A DNA stretch of 40,804 bases from a virus, in UHGV virus genome UHGV-0164601; one strand, written 5' to 3'. This document shows positions 26,989 through 34,231 of this stretch, piece after piece. A program made the translations under genes and the position numbers. The notes under the pieces were generated by a model that saw only the letters and a list, made by a program, of their open reading frames with translations, was not told the origin of the DNA and searched no databases. Numbering within the stretch: position 1 is the stretch's first letter; every line of letters begins with the position of its first letter.

Positions 26989-29900
26989 TGCCGATATATG
27001 AACAGGATCCTAAAGAGTTGCTTGGCGAGGATATTCAGCAAATAGCAGCACCTGATGACAGTAATTTCTATATGGAAACACCTTCTTTGCTTTCTGCTGT
27101 GAACCCATTTACCAGTGATCAACGCGTTCAAAGGTCTAGACAAGCAGCATTTCGTATAGATAACACGCTGGGTAGCTTTATTGCCAGTGCTCCTTTCAGT
27201 CAGTTTGACAGGGTTGAAGGATATAACCCATTTGATAACGATGCAGCAGATATTAAAGGCTATGAAGATTTTGCAGATTCGTTTATCAACTCCGGTTCGC
27301 ATGAAGAAACAATGGCAATTAAACATCGAATCGATAAGCAAAGAACAGATAGAGAATATCTATCTGAAATGGGTGGTGCTGGTACTATTTCAAGCTTAGC
27401 AATGGGAATGATAGACCCGGTTAATGTGGCTGCAATGTTCATCCCTGTAGGGGCGGTAGCGCGTGGAGGAAGTATTGCTGAGACGGCAGGGCGTTTTGCC
27501 CTGGCGAATGCTGCTGGTGGGGGAGTATCAGAAGCCGCATTACAGGCCACTCAGGAAGCTCGCTCACCGATGGAGAGCGTATCGAACGTTGTTGTTGATG
27601 CTCTCGTTGGTGGGATCCTTGGTGCTGGTGCACAGCTACTTGCTGGACCTAGCGCGCGCGAGGCAGTGGTTAACTCAGTAGGTAATCATTTGCGAGGTAT
27701 GGATTCTCCTCAAAGCATTGGTGCAGCTCAGGTTTTCAATACCACACTCGATCAGGAACAGCTCGCTGGACTTGGACTTGCTAACAAAACGTTGAGTGTC
27801 ACTCCTGCTGGCCGCTTGGCGCAATCACCATCTCTTGTCTCCCGTCAGATTAACCAGCAGCTTGCCGAAAATAACTATTTCTTCGCCAAAAATGATGAGG
27901 GGTTGGCTACGTTTACGGCAGTCGAGACTAAGATTAAGCAATACGACGCCATGCTTTATAAGCAGATGGAAGCTACTCGTGATGCTTACCAGCAGTACAG
28001 CAAATCTGTCAGCGCCCGCGGCGTGAAGAGGATGAACTTTATTGATTTCAATGAAGCTGTTGGCATGGCTATGCGCCGTGGTGATCAGAGTGATATTCCT
28101 GAGGTTTCACAAGCAGCCGCCAGAATCCGCCCCATTTTTGAGACCACAAAAGCCCGTATGCAGGAATTGGGGATCCTTCCTGAGGATATCGATGTCGTGA
28201 CGGCGAAGAGTTATCTTCCCCGCATTTATAAGTTCGATAAGATACTTTCCGACCGCACTGAATTCAGAGGGCGAATTGCCAACTGGATACAAGGGATTAG
28301 TGCCAAAGGTGCTGACAAAGCAGGTCAGCGAATTGAAAAGATAAATTCATTGCTAAAAACTGCAGAGGAATCAGCACCGCGCGCTGATGCTCTCGCTAGT
28401 GAAATCGCTGAAGCGGAGAAATGGTCTGGTAAAAAAATTCTACTCATGGAAGAACTGGATAAACGAAATAAGCTTATATCTCAGGAGACTGACACACAGG
28501 CGCGTCTTACAAGAATAGAAAAAGAGTTGGCCGAGACTTCATCAGAAAAACTTCAGGCAAGAATGATGAAAGAAAGCTCTGACCTTAAAACACGCCTTGA
28601 TGATATAGCGCAGGCAAAGAGTGAGCTTCCTGTCTATCAGCGCCATATGGAGTTGCTGGATAATCCACGGAAATATCGTTCTGAGCTTCGCCGACTGCAA
28701 AAACGGGCAAATTCAACCACAAGGCTGAATGCAAGCCGCGAGCGAGCACTGAAGCAGATGGAGCCTCTATCCCGAGAGGAAGCAGAGGACGCTGCTGACG
28801 AGATCGTGAATAAAATAATAGGCGCACCTTCCGGGCTTGTACCAGCCGATATTATCCCAGAGAGACTCGTTGGTCGGGCTGGTTTCACTAAAAGCAGAAC
28901 GCTGCTTATTCCTGATGAGCGTATAGAAGATTTTCTTGAATCAGATGTTAACTACATCATGGAAAGTTATCTCCGGCAGGTGGCACCAGAAATTGAGCTG
29001 ACTGCGCAGTTTGGCCGTAAAGATATGGGGGAGCAAATCCGTCAGGTTAGTGAGGAATATACCCGGCTAATAAAAGAGGCTAAAACACCTAAACGACGTG
29101 CAGTTCTTGAGAAGCAACGGGAGGCTGATATTAGGGATATTACGGCTATGCGTGATCGACTGCTTGGTACTTACGGTGCACCTCAAGATCCACGCAGTTT
29201 CTTTGTTCGTGCCGGGCGAGTTGCTAGGAATATTAACTTCCTCCGTTTGCTTGGTGGAATGACTGTCTCCGCTGCAACTGATCTGATGCGACCGATGATG
29301 CAGCATGGCCTGAGAAAATCTCTCGGACCAATGGTAAGCATGCTTAAAAATATGGACTCAGTGAAAATTGCAACCAGGGATTTGCGAGAAATGGCAGTTG
29401 GGCTTGATTATGTCCTGTCTACGCGTACAAAGGCTATAGCGGATCTTACTGACCCCTATAGCCGGAGAAGCGCCGCTGAGCGAGGTCTGAACTGGATGAC
29501 GCAGAAATTCGGTAACTGGACGCTGATGAATCAGTGGAACAGCGCACTTAAATCATGGTCTGGGATGATAGTGCAGTCGAGGATACTTGACGCGGCTCGC
29601 CAAGTTTCTGCTGGTGGCACGCTCTCCAAAAGTGAAATGCGGAAGATGGCACAGGTCGGCATCAATGAAGATGTTCTGCGCCGAATCGGGGAGCAATTCG
29701 GGAAGCACGGAGAGGATATGGACGGGCTGTTAACCGGGCATAGTCATCTGTGGGATGACCGTTTCGCTAGAGAGATTTTCCAGTCTGCAGTGCTGAAAGA
29801 TGTAGACTCAGTGATTGTAACGCCTGGCGTAGGTGATACACCGCTGTTTTTTAGTAAAGAAGGCTGGAAGATGATCACGCAGTTCAAAACGTTTATCTTC

Positions 29901-30377
29901 GCACAGCATAACAGGGTGCTGGTATCTGGTATCCAGCAGGGCGATGCTGCATTCTATCTTGGTGCGCTTGGCACGATTGCGCTTGGCTCAATGGTCTATA
30001 TGATGAAACAGAAGTTAAGCGGTCGCGATATCGACTACAGCTGGAATAACCTTGTGAAAGAGGGGATCGACCGGGGCGGAATGCTTGGCTGGCTCTCTGA
30101 GCCGCTGAATACCGTTGAGAACATAAGCGGCGGTAGGTTTGGTCTTGGCGCGATGTTTGGTGCGCCTCCGGTATCAAGGTTTCAGAGTCGTAATGCTATT
30201 GGTGCTTTACTTGGTCCTACCTTTGATCTTGGCGGTGATGCCGCGACGGTTGCAAATGGTGTACTTAACGGAGAATTTGACAGCCAGCAAACCCACGCTG
30301 TCCGTAAAATGCTACCTTTTCAGAATCTGTGGGCGATATCACCATTACTAAATAAAGTTGAAGAGCAGATGAAATAG
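26988..30377 (+). CDS. Internal virion (core/ejection) protein D-like, 1129 aa
   Basis: Largest ORF of the structural module, immediately after the 915-aa core gene, as T7 gp16 follows gp15. Confidence 0.5.
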   Translation: MPIYEQDPKELLGEDIQQIAAPDDSNFYMETPSLLSAVNPFTSDQRVQRSRQAAFRIDNTLGSFIASAPFSQFDRVEGYNPFDNDAADIKGYEDFADSFINSGSHEETMAIKHRIDKQRTDREYLSEMGGAGTISSLAMGMIDPVNVAAMFIPVGAVARGGSIAETAGRFALANAAGGGVSEAALQATQEARSPMESVSNVVVDALVGGILGAGAQLLAGPSAREAVVNSVGNHLRGMDSPQSIGAAQVFNTTLDQEQLAGLGLANKTLSVTPAGRLAQSPSLVSRQINQQLAENNYFFAKNDEGLATFTAVETKIKQYDAMLYKQMEATRDAYQQYSKSVSARGVKRMNFIDFNEAVGMAMRRGDQSDIPEVSQAAARIRPIFETTKARMQELGILPEDIDVVTAKSYLPRIYKFDKILSDRTEFRGRIANWIQGISAKGADKAGQRIEKINSLLKTAEESAPRADALASEIAEAEKWSGKKILLMEELDKRNKLISQETDTQARLTRIEKELAETSSEKLQARMMKESSDLKTRLDDIAQAKSELPVYQRHMELLDNPRKYRSELRRLQKRANSTTRLNASRERALKQMEPLSREEAEDAADEIVNKIIGAPSGLVPADIIPERLVGRAGFTKSRTLLIPDERIEDFLESDVNYIMESYLRQVAPEIELTAQFGRKDMGEQIRQVSEEYTRLIKEAKTPKRRAVLEKQREADIRDITAMRDRLLGTYGAPQDPRSFFVRAGRVARNINFLRLLGGMTVSAATDLMRPMMQHGLRKSLGPMVSMLKNMDSVKIATRDLREMAVGLDYVLSTRTKAIADLTDPYSRRSAAERGLNWMTQKFGNWTLMNQWNSALKSWSGMIVQSRILDAARQVSAGGTLSKSEMRKMAQVGINEDVLRRIGEQFGKHGEDMDGLLTGHSHLWDDRFAREIFQSAVLKDVDSVIVTPGVGDTPLFFSKEGWKMITQFKTFIFAQHNRVLVSGIQQGDAAFYLGALGTIALGSMVYMMKQKLSGRDIDYSWNNLVKEGIDRGGMLGWLSEPLNTVENISGGRFGLGAMFGAPPVSRFQSRNAIGALLGPTFDLGGDAATVANGVLNGEFDSQQTHAVRKMLPFQNLWAISPLLNKVEEQMK

Positions 30378-30378
30378 G

Positions 30379-31230
30379 ATGAAAAAAATAAATTTGTTTT
30401 TTGGCATAGTGCTTTCAATAGTCTCTGTAAATCCTACAGCTGCCAGTTCATTGCAATGCAATAAGGATAACTTTGATGCATGCAAAACGTGCGAACAATT
30501 ATCAAAGGCTATCGACTTAAAAGAACCTAATCGTGGCGATTACTATAGAGGGGCTTTATGGAATGGGCTTTACGCCTCTTATGTAATTAATTGCCCTGTG
30601 GTTGCAGAGAAGTTACTGAGCCATGGTGCTATACCATCATATGGCGGATATATGGGGTCTATGGGGGCGGTTCTGACAGGAAAATGGCCTCATAACAATG
30701 AATCAATAAATCTTTCATGGGCAGATTTGCTTATAAAACATGGATTTGATGTTAATAGGCATACGGGGAATTATAAATCAGCTACTGAAGTATGGGCTAT
30801 AGATAAAAAACAGATTGAATATAAGTCAGTTTTTGACAAGTTAATTCAATCCAGCGAAGTAAAACCACTCGATCCTTCAAGAAATTTAGAATGGTGTGCG
30901 TCTGAAGGGTATCGCTCAGTTGTCGTTTATTCCCTTAACTCATGTATAGAAAATGCTATAAAACGTTTGGATGACGGTGTTTCTTCAGCGTCTGATATTT
31001 CATCAGCAGCCGTAAATTCCTGTACTAGCGATGTAGAAAATTTCAATAAGCATTTGGCATGCAAAGCAGCTGTTAAAGAAAACTCTGATAAAGAGAGAAG
31101 CAACGTTTACCAGTTATTAACCAGTGATAGTCAAATGAATAAAAATGTTATTGATATGCTGAAGGAAAGAAATATTGAAACGGTTCTTGAATTTAGAGCT
31201 GAAAATCGATCAGCGAAAACTGCACAGTGA
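30379..31230 (+). CDS. Secreted protein of unknown function (moron), possible ankyrin-like repeats
   Basis: Signal-peptide-like N-terminus MKKINLFFGIVLSIVSVNPTAASS; visibly AT-rich codon usage; LL.HGA / LLIKHGFDVNRHT ankyrin-like segments; own terminator. Confidence 0.55.
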   Translation: MKKINLFFGIVLSIVSVNPTAASSLQCNKDNFDACKTCEQLSKAIDLKEPNRGDYYRGALWNGLYASYVINCPVVAEKLLSHGAIPSYGGYMGSMGAVLTGKWPHNNESINLSWADLLIKHGFDVNRHTGNYKSATEVWAIDKKQIEYKSVFDKLIQSSEVKPLDPSRNLEWCASEGYRSVVVYSLNSCIENAIKRLDDGVSSASDISSAAVNSCTSDVENFNKHLACKAAVKENSDKERSNVYQLLTSDSQMNKNVIDMLKERNIETVLEFRAENRSAKTAQ

Positions 31231-31236
31231 TCAAAC

Positions 31237-31261
31237 AGGCCGCTTTCGCGGCCTTGTTTTT
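31237..31261 (+). terminator. Rho-independent terminator after the secreted-protein gene
   Basis: AGGCCGC-TTTC-GCGGCCT hairpin followed by TGTTTTT. Confidence 0.6.
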
Positions 31262-31300
31262 AACGAATGCCACCGCCGCCTGGGTGGGAATCCGCAGACA

Positions 31301-31323
31301 CAAAAAAGCCCGCGCCGCGGGCT
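31301..31323 (-). terminator. Rho-independent terminator of the minus-strand two-gene cassette
   Basis: GCCCGC-GCC-GCGGGC hairpin containing the stop codon, followed on the minus strand by TTTTTTGT. Confidence 0.5.
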
Positions 31324-31762
31324 ATTCTTCTTCATCATAAAAAAGCGGATTGTCGTTTCCATCTGATGAAAGGAAAGGTATGTGTTCTCTTGAAAATCCA
31401 ACAACGACAATTTCATTATCATTTTTTGCATAATGAATGCATTCATTAGAATGCATTCCGCCAGGGTTGAAATTTAAGTTAATGGTATAATTCTTAAATG
31501 TGTTTGGATACCATGTTGGCCCACAATGATAATGCCAATAATTCTCTTGCTCATAATTGTCTGAGCCGGGAATTTTATCATGGTTATCATCAACCCACGA
31601 TGGCTTGTTTTTTCCAACAAGCGCCCTTCCATTGGCAACATCTTCTAAAAACCTTTGTATGATTTTTATTTCATCGTCAGTAAGGAAAGGTCCGTCTACA
31701 GCGAAAGGGGTGTTGCTTTCCCCATTTAGAAAACTATTAGATATTCTAATGTTAAACTTCAA
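31322..31762 (-). CDS. Hypothetical protein (146 aa), distal gene of a two-gene moron cassette
   Basis: TTG start at 31762 with AGGAG 6 nt upstream; AT-rich; conserved-looking YWHYHCGP segment; acidic C-terminus FYDEEE; no family recognised. Confidence 0.5.
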   Translation of the reverse strand: MKFNIRISNSFLNGESNTPFAVDGPFLTDDEIKIIQRFLEDVANGRALVGKNKPSWVDDNHDKIPGSDNYEQENYWHYHCGPTWYPNTFKNYTINLNFNPGGMHSNECIHYAKNDNEIVVVGFSREHIPFLSSDGNDNPLFYDEEE

Positions 31763-31782
31763 GACAAACTCCTAATGTGCTT

Positions 31783-31950
31783 CTATTTGGAGCGAAATGC
31801 CGCCTTGAAGTCGCTGAAAGATGTTCCTGTCTGGTAAACCATATCCTTGTCGCGCTCTTTGCTTGCGCGGCCAAGCATAACTTTTCCAATGACATCCCAG
31901 CATTGCTTGGCTTGTTCATTGTGCTGAGTACGATTTTTCAACGCTGTCAT
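31783..31950 (-). CDS. Hypothetical small protein (55 aa), proximal gene of the two-gene cassette
   Basis: Not in the ORF track (<60 aa); ATG 31950 preceded by AGGAGG (31957-31962); MTALKNRTQHNEQAKQCWDVIGKVMLGRASKERDKDMVYQTGTSFSDFKAAFRSK. Confidence 0.45.
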   Translation of the reverse strand: MTALKNRTQHNEQAKQCWDVIGKVMLGRASKERDKDMVYQTGTSFSDFKAAFRSK

Positions 31951-31962
31951 ATCGCGCCTCCT

Positions 31963-31977
31963 TTACCTTTAAGGTAA
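31963..31977. promoter_or_regulatory. Operator-like palindrome TTACC-TTTAA-GGTAA between the predicted -10 and the ribosome-binding site of the cassette
   Basis: Perfect copy immediately upstream of the AGGAGG Shine-Dalgarno. Confidence 0.5.
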
Positions 31978-32005
31978 TAGTACGCTATTCACCCACAGTC
32001 TGCAA
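31977..32005 (-). promoter_or_regulatory. Candidate sigma70 promoter of the two-gene cassette
   Basis: Minus strand -35 TTGCAG (32005..32000), 17-bp spacer, -10 TACTAT (31982..31977). Confidence 0.4.
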
Positions 32006-32050
32006 TCTGTACAGAATTATTTAAAGGCACATCCCTGTGCCGCCGTTCTG

Positions 32051-32737
32051 TCAGAAGAACCCTGCCTTGTCGTTGATGTACTCCGCGTGCGTCTGGATAT
32101 CACGCAGGCATTTGCTCACACCGACGATGTAGCAGAACATGGTGGTCAGTTCCGCCGCCGCGCCCGATACATCATGCCCGTCGTCCTGCAACTGATTCAG
32201 CAGATTCATCAGCAATGAGTTCTCCGTCAGGCCGAGAACACCCGACGGCGAATGAATCAGACTGCGGTAGCCTGGCTTCAGTGGGGCACTGTAGGTTTTG
32301 TTCTCTATCTTCATCGCCTGCATTACTGCTGACGCCGTGGCGTTGGCTACCTGGTCGGCAACCATCTTTATGCGCTCTTCCTGCGGGAGCGAGTTTTTAA
32401 TGTAGCTTCCGGTGCGGCGGATCTGAGGAAGAACCTCACCTGTAACCCATTTGCGAAAGCGGTAGGGGATAGTGCCTGGTGTCACTGCGTCGCGGCAGCG
32501 GAGGATCAGTGTGTAGAGGCCTGACTCGTTGATAATATTGGTTTCGCCTTGACGGCCTAAGTTAAATTTAGCCCTTTCATCATCATCAAGAGATTTTATT
32601 GACATAGTGGGGTTTGTCAGTTGAAGAGCTTTAATAACGTCTTTGGCAACAAACCAAGGATTTCCATCAATAACAATGGCTCGAATGGTTGCTTCTGATT
32701 CAAAATGAAAAACAGATGGGGTTACGTTAGCAGTCAT
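32051..32737 (-). CDS. Phage antirepressor (BRO-N domain with KilA-C/Ant-type C-terminal domain)
   Basis: N-terminal FHFESEATIRAIVIDGNPWFVAKDVIKALQL...ESGLYTLILRCRDA is a typical BRO-N motif; start at ATG 32737 (AAGGTG upstream) rather than the ORF-track start 32890, which would run through the leader hairpin. Confidence 0.75.
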   Translation of the reverse strand: MTANVTPSVFHFESEATIRAIVIDGNPWFVAKDVIKALQLTNPTMSIKSLDDDERAKFNLGRQGETNIINESGLYTLILRCRDAVTPGTIPYRFRKWVTGEVLPQIRRTGSYIKNSLPQEERIKMVADQVANATASAVMQAMKIENKTYSAPLKPGYRSLIHSPSGVLGLTENSLLMNLLNQLQDDGHDVSGAAAELTTMFCYIVGVSKCLRDIQTHAEYINDKAGFF

Positions 32738-32890
32738 AGTGATCACCTTTGTAGTTAGGTTAATCACCACTACCGACGCCAATCGGTTGGTGGTGAACTG
32801 TGCAGGGTTGGCGTAACCGGCTACAAAGGACCCGGCGCACCTTTCGGTGCCCCCACACAGCCCACCATAGAATAGGTGCGCTTTACACAT

Positions 32891-32909
32891 AAAAAAACCG
32901 CTTATGCGG
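32891..32909 (-). terminator. Weak terminator/attenuator-like hairpin in the antirepressor leader
   Basis: CCGC-TTAT-GCGG hairpin followed on the minus strand by TTTTTTT. Confidence 0.3.
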
Positions 32910-32924
32910 CATATGTGCCTCTGT

Positions 32925-32976
32925 AGTAATCCGGGACGCCAATCCCGGCACTGGATTTTGCCAGTGCCCGATTACT
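32925..32976. other. Structured element (nested inverted repeats) upstream of the antirepressor; candidate leader RNA or small RNA
   Basis: AGTAATCCGGG...CCCGATTACT outer stem enclosing hairpins CCGGGA-CGCCAA-TCCCGG and CACTGG-ATTTTG-CCAGTG. Confidence 0.3.
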
Positions 32977-33003
32977 ATGGCACAAGAGGAGTGCAATGTA
33001 AAT

Positions 33004-33018
33004 TTACCGTAAAGGTAA
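33004..33018. promoter_or_regulatory. Operator-like palindrome TTACC-GTAAA-GGTAA
   Basis: Perfect copy in the divergent region between the antirepressor and the membrane zinc-ribbon gene. Confidence 0.5.
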
Positions 33019-33096
33019 TGATAAGCGCGAAGAAACATTAAAATCAACCGTATTTGGTTGATTGCGTTTAACGCTTGATCACCTGAAAGCAAGATA

Positions 33097-33111
33097 TTAC
33101 CTTTAAGGTAA
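33097..33111. promoter_or_regulatory. Operator-like palindrome TTACC-TTTAA-GGTAA
   Basis: Perfect copy 21 bp upstream of ATG 33132; identical sequence to the site at 31963-31977. Confidence 0.5.
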
Positions 33112-33131
33112 TGTTATTGTGAGGAAAAGCA

Positions 33132-33860
33132 ATGGAAGTTTTCTGGATAGTTGTTGGTGTGGTTGCGGTGATTATTTACGTTATCAACCAGAACAAGACT
33201 AAGATCTCTGATCGTACGGTCGTTAATCATAACAAAACGATAAAGACCGAAGATGGGGAGATAACGATTAATCGTACACAGGTGATAGAACACACCTCTA
33301 CTCAGTTTCAAAAAACTGGAGGTAATGCGCCTAATATTTCCGCACCTCCTGCTTATGATAGTGCGGTAATCCAGACATATTATAAACAGCAGGAGTTAGC
33401 AAAAGAGAGGCAACTGATTCAGCCAAAGCCGTTTACAGCTGAGATTCCACCTGGAGTGTCAACGCGTCCGGCATATCATGGAAGATTCCCTGGTGATGAC
33501 ATATCGTCTCAGTCATCTAAAAAAGCACCTCAGGCAATATCAGAGCCAGCAAGAATACCTTCTGTATCGCTGCCAAAAGAAGAATCAGCTAACAGAGTTT
33601 CAAGTGGTAGCAAGCAGTGCTTGCGATGCAGAATAAACCTTCCATATGAAAAATTCAGGAAATCGTCAAAAAATCCAGATGGATTGACTAAATGGTGTGC
33701 AAGGTGTCTCGATGGCCCAAAGAATACACGCCATATGAAGTGGTGCCCAATTTGTAATGTCCGCAGAAAACGAACCAGCTTTTACCCTAATAATCAAAAT
33801 GCGGACGGCTTAATGGCATGGTGCAAAACGTGCTGGGATGAGCACAAAGCGAAACGATAG
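33132..33860 (+). CDS. Membrane-anchored protein with duplicated CxxC-x22-WCxxC zinc-ribbon (rubredoxin-like) modules
   Basis: N-terminal hydrophobic helix FWIVVGVVAVIIYVI, Pro/Ser/Gln-rich linker, then CLRC...DGLTKWCARC and CPIC...DGLMAWCKTC repeats; GAGGA before ATG 33132. Confidence 0.6.
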   Translation: MEVFWIVVGVVAVIIYVINQNKTKISDRTVVNHNKTIKTEDGEITINRTQVIEHTSTQFQKTGGNAPNISAPPAYDSAVIQTYYKQQELAKERQLIQPKPFTAEIPPGVSTRPAYHGRFPGDDISSQSSKKAPQAISEPARIPSVSLPKEESANRVSSGSKQCLRCRINLPYEKFRKSSKNPDGLTKWCARCLDGPKNTRHMKWCPICNVRRKRTSFYPNNQNADGLMAWCKTCWDEHKAKR

Positions 33861-33884
33861 GCCGCTCTTGCGGCCTTTAAATTT
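33860..33884 (+). terminator. Rho-independent terminator after the zinc-ribbon gene
   Basis: GGCCGC-TCTT-GCGGCC hairpin followed by TTTAAATTT. Confidence 0.55.
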
Positions 33885-34140
33885 ACCGGGTTTGTTTTCG
33901 TAATTGTTCGGCACAATAGTCGAGATGTGTTTGCAGATCCCGCATAGACATCTGTGAGCTGGTGACGTAGTTAATCAGTGCAGTCAGTTCGGCAAGTGGG
34001 CCATCGACATTAAATCCATCCTTATCGAGATCCCGGAGTAATTTCATCAAGTGCGATCCCTCCACCAGTGACCTGACGCCTCCCGGCGTGTGAATCCTTT
34101 CGGTAAATCCGTCTTCCAGTGGATAGTGATACTGCTGCAT
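33883..34140 (-). CDS. Small antirepressor-like protein (85 aa), stand-alone paralog of the antirepressor C-terminal domain, with a LexA box in its promoter
   Basis: TPGGVRSLVEGSHLMKLLRDLDKDGFNVDGPLAELTALINYV...MRDLQTHLDY aligns with the C-terminus of the 32051-32737 protein (SPSGVLGLTENSLLMNLLNQLQDDGHDVSGAAAELTTMFCYI...LRDIQTHAEY); start at ATG 34140 with GGAG upstream. Confidence 0.55.
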   Translation of the reverse strand: MQQYHYPLEDGFTERIHTPGGVRSLVEGSHLMKLLRDLDKDGFNVDGPLAELTALINYVTSSQMSMRDLQTHLDYCAEQLRKQTR

Positions 34141-34159
34141 CTTATCTTCTCCATGCAAT

Positions 34160-34179
34160 AACTGTATATTTATACAGTA
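34160..34179. promoter_or_regulatory. LexA (SOS) box
   Basis: AACTGTATATTTATACAGTA: CTGT-N8-ACAG with an AT-only spacer, 18 of 20 matches to the E. coli consensus TACTGTATATATATACAGTA; 20 bp upstream of ATG 34140. Confidence 0.65.
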
Positions 34180-34216
34180 GCAAATAATTTGTTTGCTATC
34201 CAGCACGTTTTGCAAA

Positions 34217-34231
34217 TTACCCGAAAGGTAA
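34217..34231. promoter_or_regulatory. Operator-like palindrome TTACC-CGAAA-GGTAA
   Basis: Perfect copy between the SOS-box gene and the tailspike gene; 32 bp upstream of ATGTGGTT (34264-34271). Confidence 0.5.

Noticed and set aside
32738-32890. N-terminal extension of the antirepressor ORF to ATG 32890
   Set aside because: Extension is Cys/Gly-rich and crosses the leader hairpin; BRO-N domain begins at the internal ATG 32737, which has an AAGGTG Shine-Dalgarno.
5026-34231. Reading the TTACC-N5-GGTAA sites as phage RNA-polymerase (T7-type) promoters
   Set aside because: The sites are perfectly palindromic with a variable centre, unlike asymmetric single-subunit polymerase promoters, and no phage RNA polymerase gene is present in the window.
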